A stretch of DNA of 64,000 nt from Candidatus Bathyarchaeota archaeon (GTDB taxonomy: Archaea > Thermoproteota > Bathyarchaeia > Bathyarchaeales > Bathyarchaeaceae), in assembly GCA_963806645.1 (NCBI GenBank), contig CAWDYQ010000002.1:11141-75140 (forward strand). The letters are read 5' to 3'. The number at the start of each line of letters is the position of its first letter. Positions within the stretch are counted from its first letter, which is position 1. Below are positions 60,563-64,000 of the stretch, piece by piece. A model generated the notes under the pieces. The model was not told the origin of the DNA. It did not search any database and was given only the letters and a program-made list of their open reading frames with translations. A program made the position numbers and the translations under genes.

Positions 60563-61618
60563 CTACTTGTACCAATCTAGGCTTTGTTCGATGTATTGGA
60601 TCAAGCTGTTAAAGAATTCTTTAACGTCCTCAGCTAAACATGTTTGAGTTATGAGTTCTCTTGCCTGTTGTGCGTGTTTTTTTGAGGCTTGTTTTGCGGC
60701 ATCTAGTCCTCCACTTTCCCTAAGCAGTTGTCTAGCTAGGTCTTTTTCTCCATAGCTTAGAAATTGTTTACCGAGAAGACATTTTAAGGCTTCAGCTTTT
60801 TTGGGATTTTCTGATTTTAGGGCGTAGATTATATGAAGGGCTTTCTTGTTTTTTGAGATATCTAGGCATGTTGATCTTCCATATTCTTCTTTCTTGGCGA
60901 AACTGTCTATGATGTCGTCTTGTATATCAAAGGAGTAGCCCATGTTCTCTGCTGCTTTGTTTAGCAGTTGCAAATCAACTTCTGAGGCACCACCTAAGAT
61001 CGCGCCTGTAAGAAGAGTGACTTTGAAGAGTGTAGCTGCTCGTTTGCTTGCCATAACCTTCCACTCGTTCACAGATACGTCCTTCTGCTCAAACAGCAGG
61101 TCAAGGATTTGGCTCTCGTTAACGTCTTTGTAGCCCTCAGAGGTTAAACGTAATACCTTGTTGATAGTCTCCTGTGGGAAACCCGAGTCTATTATACTGC
61201 GGAAAGCCAGTGCATACGCGATGTTTCCTGCGAAGATCGCAACTCCGTCTCCGAATCTATTGTCGTATGGGCTGTATTTGTTCACAAACTTCTTGTGCAA
61301 TGTGCTTCCGCCTCTTCTTTGGTTATCCAAGTCAACCATATCATCGTGAACGAGTATGGCGTGTCGATACAATTCGATACCGATGCAGACACACAAGATT
61401 TTCTCGTCAATCTTCCCCGTATAGCCCTTGTATGTGAGAAGCGTACTGCATGAAGCCAATCGTTTACCTTTTCGGAGAACAAACTCTCGAAGGTCATCAT
61501 AAACATTACCGATAAAAGGATGATATGAAGAAGCTTCTTTGGTTGCATTATCCAGAATCGTTTTTAGGTTCTCGTCAATAAGTGCGCCATAAGTGTCTAA
61601 CGTTTTTTCCCAACTCAT
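60563..61618 (-). CDS. idsA: polyprenyl (geranylgeranyl-type) diphosphate synthase
   Basis: The first Asp-rich motif is LVHDDMVDLD and the second is FDIQDDIID. Confidence 0.85.
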   Translation of the reverse strand: MSWEKTLDTYGALIDENLKTILDNATKEASSYHPFIGNVYDDLREFVLRKGKRLASCSTLLTYKGYTGKIDEKILCVCIGIELYRHAILVHDDMVDLDNQRRGGSTLHKKFVNKYSPYDNRFGDGVAIFAGNIAYALAFRSIIDSGFPQETINKVLRLTSEGYKDVNESQILDLLFEQKDVSVNEWKVMASKRAATLFKVTLLTGAILGGASEVDLQLLNKAAENMGYSFDIQDDIIDSFAKKEEYGRSTCLDISKNKKALHIIYALKSENPKKAEALKCLLGKQFLSYGEKDLARQLLRESGGLDAAKQASKKHAQQARELITQTCLAEDVKEFFNSLIQYIEQSLDWYK

Positions 61619-61669
61619 ATTTCACTCAACCAACAACAAATGTTACTTGAACCAAAAGAGTTTTGTAAT

Positions 61670-62344
61670 TTATTGCTGAAAATTTCCTGTTTTCTTTTTA
61701 TGTCGTTGGTCCAGCTCTTCGAATATATTGTTAAGGTCGTAACCTTTTTGGGCAAACGACACTAAAATGTGGAAAATCAAATCTGCGGCTTCTAAAGTAG
61801 CTTCTTTGGAGTTATCTGATTTTATTGCCAGAATAAGCTCTGTTGCTTCTTCACCTATTTTCTGGAGAACAGCATCTTCACCTTTAGAGGTTAAACGAGA
61901 GACATAAGATGCTTCACTTGGATTACGAATTCGCTCTTTTATGATTTCAAAAAGTCTTTCAAGCATCCTAGCATCAACCAATTTTTCGTCATTGGCTTTT
62001 AGGGACTTGAAGAAGCAGGTTTCTTCTCCAGTGTGACATACCACTCCTACCTGCTGAACCTTAAACAGTATCGCGTCATCGTCACAATCCAAAATCACAT
62101 TCTGCACCAAAGAGTAATTTTTAGATTCTTCGCCTTTCATCCAGATTCTGCCTTTAGTTCTACTCCAGAAATGCATCCTACCACTTGACAAAGTCAAACG
62201 CAAAGCCTCCTCATTCATGTAAGCCTGCATCAGAATACGATTGTTAGACGTGTCCTGAACAATAACGGGAACAAGACCAGCCTCTTTGGTAAAATTCACT
62301 TTTACCACGAAATTATCAATCTCTTTTTTGTTCAACCTCAACAA
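61670..62344 (-). CDS. hisIE: bifunctional phosphoribosyl-AMP cyclohydrolase / phosphoribosyl-ATP pyrophosphatase
   Basis: The HisI part has GLVPVIVQD...YMNEEAL...HFWSRTKGRIWMKGEESKN...DCDDDAILFKV...CHTG. The HisE part has KIGEEATELILA...EAADLIFHILV. Confidence 0.9.
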   Translation of the reverse strand: MLRLNKKEIDNFVVKVNFTKEAGLVPVIVQDTSNNRILMQAYMNEEALRLTLSSGRMHFWSRTKGRIWMKGEESKNYSLVQNVILDCDDDAILFKVQQVGVVCHTGEETCFFKSLKANDEKLVDARMLERLFEIIKERIRNPSEASYVSRLTSKGEDAVLQKIGEEATELILAIKSDNSKEATLEAADLIFHILVSFAQKGYDLNNIFEELDQRHKKKTGNFQQ

Positions 62345-62358
62345 TATTTCATTCTCCC

Positions 62359-63168
62359 TTAGACTAGACGCATTGGCACCCCTTTCTTGGAAAGGTAACT
62401 CTTAACTTCTCCCACAGAAAACTGAGAACGATGAAAGATAGAAGCAGCCAAAGCAGCGTCCGCTTCTCCAGCTGTTAATACATCGTAGATGTGCTCAAGA
62501 TTTCCAGCACCTCCACTAGCAATAATCGGTAATTTTGTTGCCCTACTCATCGCTTGCGTCAATTCTAGGTCATAACCGTCCTGTGTTCCATCGCAGTCCA
62601 TACTTGTTGGCAAAAGTTCCCCTGCACCCAACTCTTTAACCGTTCTAGCCCAAACCAACGCATCAATTCCTGTAGACATTCTTCCACCCTCAAGGTATAC
62701 CTCCCACCAGCACTTTCCCCTAGAAGTGTCCAACACAATCTTGTCAGGTAAATCTCCGTTCACGTAAACCCTTTTGGCATCTATAGCAACAACAATACAT
62801 TGGCTACCAAAAATCGCGGCAGATTCTTCTATAAGTTTAGGCTTATTCACTGCTGCAGTATTAACAGAAACTTTGTCTGCTCCGCTAGAAAGTGCATTCT
62901 GTATATCAGTGATATTTCTGATACCGCCACCCACGGTAAAGGGAATAGATATCATGTCCGCTGTTCGCTTCACAACTTCCAATGTAGTGTCTCTTTTTTC
63001 ATGAGATGCAGTTATGTCCAGAAAAACTACCTCATCGGCGCCCTGCTCTGCATAATCTGCAGCAAGCTCTGCAGGGTCACCTTCTATTTTCAGGTTGACG
63101 AACTGTACTCCTTTAACTACTTGTCCGTCTTTTACATCCAAACAAGGTACTATACGTTTAGTTAACAT
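62359..63168 (-). CDS. hisF: imidazole glycerol phosphate synthase, cyclase subunit
   Basis: Motifs [25 protein letters not shown] and GGGIRNI. Confidence 0.95.
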   Translation of the reverse strand: MLTKRIVPCLDVKDGQVVKGVQFVNLKIEGDPAELAADYAEQGADEVVFLDITASHEKRDTTLEVVKRTADMISIPFTVGGGIRNITDIQNALSSGADKVSVNTAAVNKPKLIEESAAIFGSQCIVVAIDAKRVYVNGDLPDKIVLDTSRGKCWWEVYLEGGRMSTGIDALVWARTVKELGAGELLPTSMDCDGTQDGYDLELTQAMSRATKLPIIASGGAGNLEHIYDVLTAGEADAALAASIFHRSQFSVGEVKSYLSKKGVPMRLV

Positions 63169-63880
63169 TCTTTACAGTCTCCAATGCTTCTTTAATCGTA
63201 AACTTTCGTTCATAAATGGCAGTACCAATAACTACTCCTTCCACACCAGTCTTGGTCAACGCCACCAAATCCTCAAGCTTGGCTACTCCACCCGATGCAA
63301 TAACTGGAACCTCCACCGCTTCAACCAGGTTCAAAGTTTTTTCTATCTGCGGTCCTTTCAAGGTTCCATCAACGCTGATTGGAGTAAAGATCAAGGCACC
63401 AACATCCATGCTTTCAAAAGACTGGGCAAGCTCCAAATAATCTAAATCAGACGTATTCTTCCAACCATGAACTGCCACTTTACCATCTCTCTCGTCTATA
63501 GCAATGGCAATGGTCTCAGACCCAAAACAACGAACAGCCTCCTTAACCACTCTAGGGTTCTTTACTGCTGCAGTCCCAAAGATTATCCGGTATGCACCAA
63601 TTTTCAGCAACTGGTCAGCTTTTTGGATGCTTCGGATTCCTCCACCAATCTGCACCTTCACACTTATGTTATCTAAGATTCTTGTGATTTCTTCGATGTT
63701 CTGTCCAGAGCCTAATGCTGCATCTAAGTCAATTATATGGATTAGTTCTGCTCCTTGCTTCTCAAGCAATTGAGCTGCATCTAAAGGGTCGTCATAATAG
63801 ATTTTGTTTCGATTTGGATCTCCACGAAAAAGCCGAACACATTTTCCTCCCAAAATGTCAACAGCAGGAATAACCAGCAT
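63158..63880 (-). CDS. hisA: ProFAR isomerase
   Basis: Motifs [24 protein letters not shown] and QIGGGIRS. Confidence 0.9.
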   Translation of the reverse strand: MLVIPAVDILGGKCVRLFRGDPNRNKIYYDDPLDAAQLLEKQGAELIHIIDLDAALGSGQNIEEITRILDNISVKVQIGGGIRSIQKADQLLKIGAYRIIFGTAAVKNPRVVKEAVRCFGSETIAIAIDERDGKVAVHGWKNTSDLDYLELAQSFESMDVGALIFTPISVDGTLKGPQIEKTLNLVEAVEVPVIASGGVAKLEDLVALTKTGVEGVVIGTAIYERKFTIKEALETVKNVN

Positions 63881-63885
63881 CTCTA

Positions 63886-64000
63886 TTACCTCTTCACAAT
63901 CTTAACAAAGTTATTTAACAGCATTAATCCTGTTTTGCTGCTTTTCTCTGGGTGAAACTGAGTTGCAAACAGATTCTTCTTCGTTACCATTGAAGGAAAT
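63886..64000 (-). CDS. hisH: imidazole glycerol phosphate synthase, glutaminase subunit (C-terminal fragment, N-terminus outside window)
   Basis: The minus frame reads ...[31 protein letters not shown], with a stop at 63886-88. Confidence 0.8.
   Translation of the reverse strand, partial: FPSMVTKKNLFATQFHPEKSSKTGLMLLNNFVKIVKR

Noticed and set aside
1-64000. CRISPR arrays, cas genes, rRNA operons, transposases or integrases, prophage modules.
   Set aside because: None was found on reading the intergenic regions and ORF translations. The only repeats noticed are the paralog 3' elements and short phased promoter motifs.

Overview
AT-rich archaeal chromosomal segment. Archaeal markers are r-protein L14e, Cbf5, RadA, Trm1, archaeal-type PEP carboxylase and a split class I fumarase, and many starts are preceded by GGAGGTGA-type Shine-Dalgarno sites. 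Product calls come from hand reading and remembered family motifs; no searches or folding programs were run.

Gene content by region:
- 1-6.5 kb: secreted surface proteins, including a tandem pair of 864-aa PQQ-like beta-propeller paralogs that each carry a conserved ~180-nt 3' element.
- 7-16 kb: a light/oxidative-stress island with heliorhodopsin, class II photolyase, peroxiredoxin, FMN proteins, a SOUL protein, a TspO-like protein and a decayed DUF523-DUF1722 gene.
- 16.4-18 kb: rpl14e, cbf5 and a tRNA.
- 21.7-25.6 kb: a large S-layer-like gene with two RHH-domain paralogs upstream.
- 25.8-33.6 kb: XPD, RadA, fumarase, Trm1 and a GIY-YIG fusion protein.
- 35.7-39.2 kb: a 1174-aa extracellular protein.
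- 40.5-44 kb: a compact SMC-like/kleisin/kite operon.
- 45-64 kb: ordinary housekeeping genes (ilvC-ilvN-ilvB-leuA, ilvD, ileS, GGPP synthase, hisH-A-F-IE).

Most interesting observations:
1. A hinge-less 681-aa ATPase with Smc5/6-type head motifs is translationally coupled to a ScpA-like kleisin and a small protein resembling the MAGE/Nse3 homology domain.
2. A 21-nt in-frame interruption of cbf5 sits in the catalytic Asp codon and folds by hand into a canonical bulge-helix-bulge intron.
3. A 140-nt tRNA gene carries about 50 nt of intervening sequence, including a likely D-loop intron.
4. Heliorhodopsin is linked to photolyase and photo-oxidative stress genes.
5. Ten single-nucleotide frameshifts were found, nine of them +1, plus one in-frame stop. 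They affect accessory genes, while long housekeeping genes are intact.

No CRISPR arrays, rRNA genes, transposases or integrases were seen.
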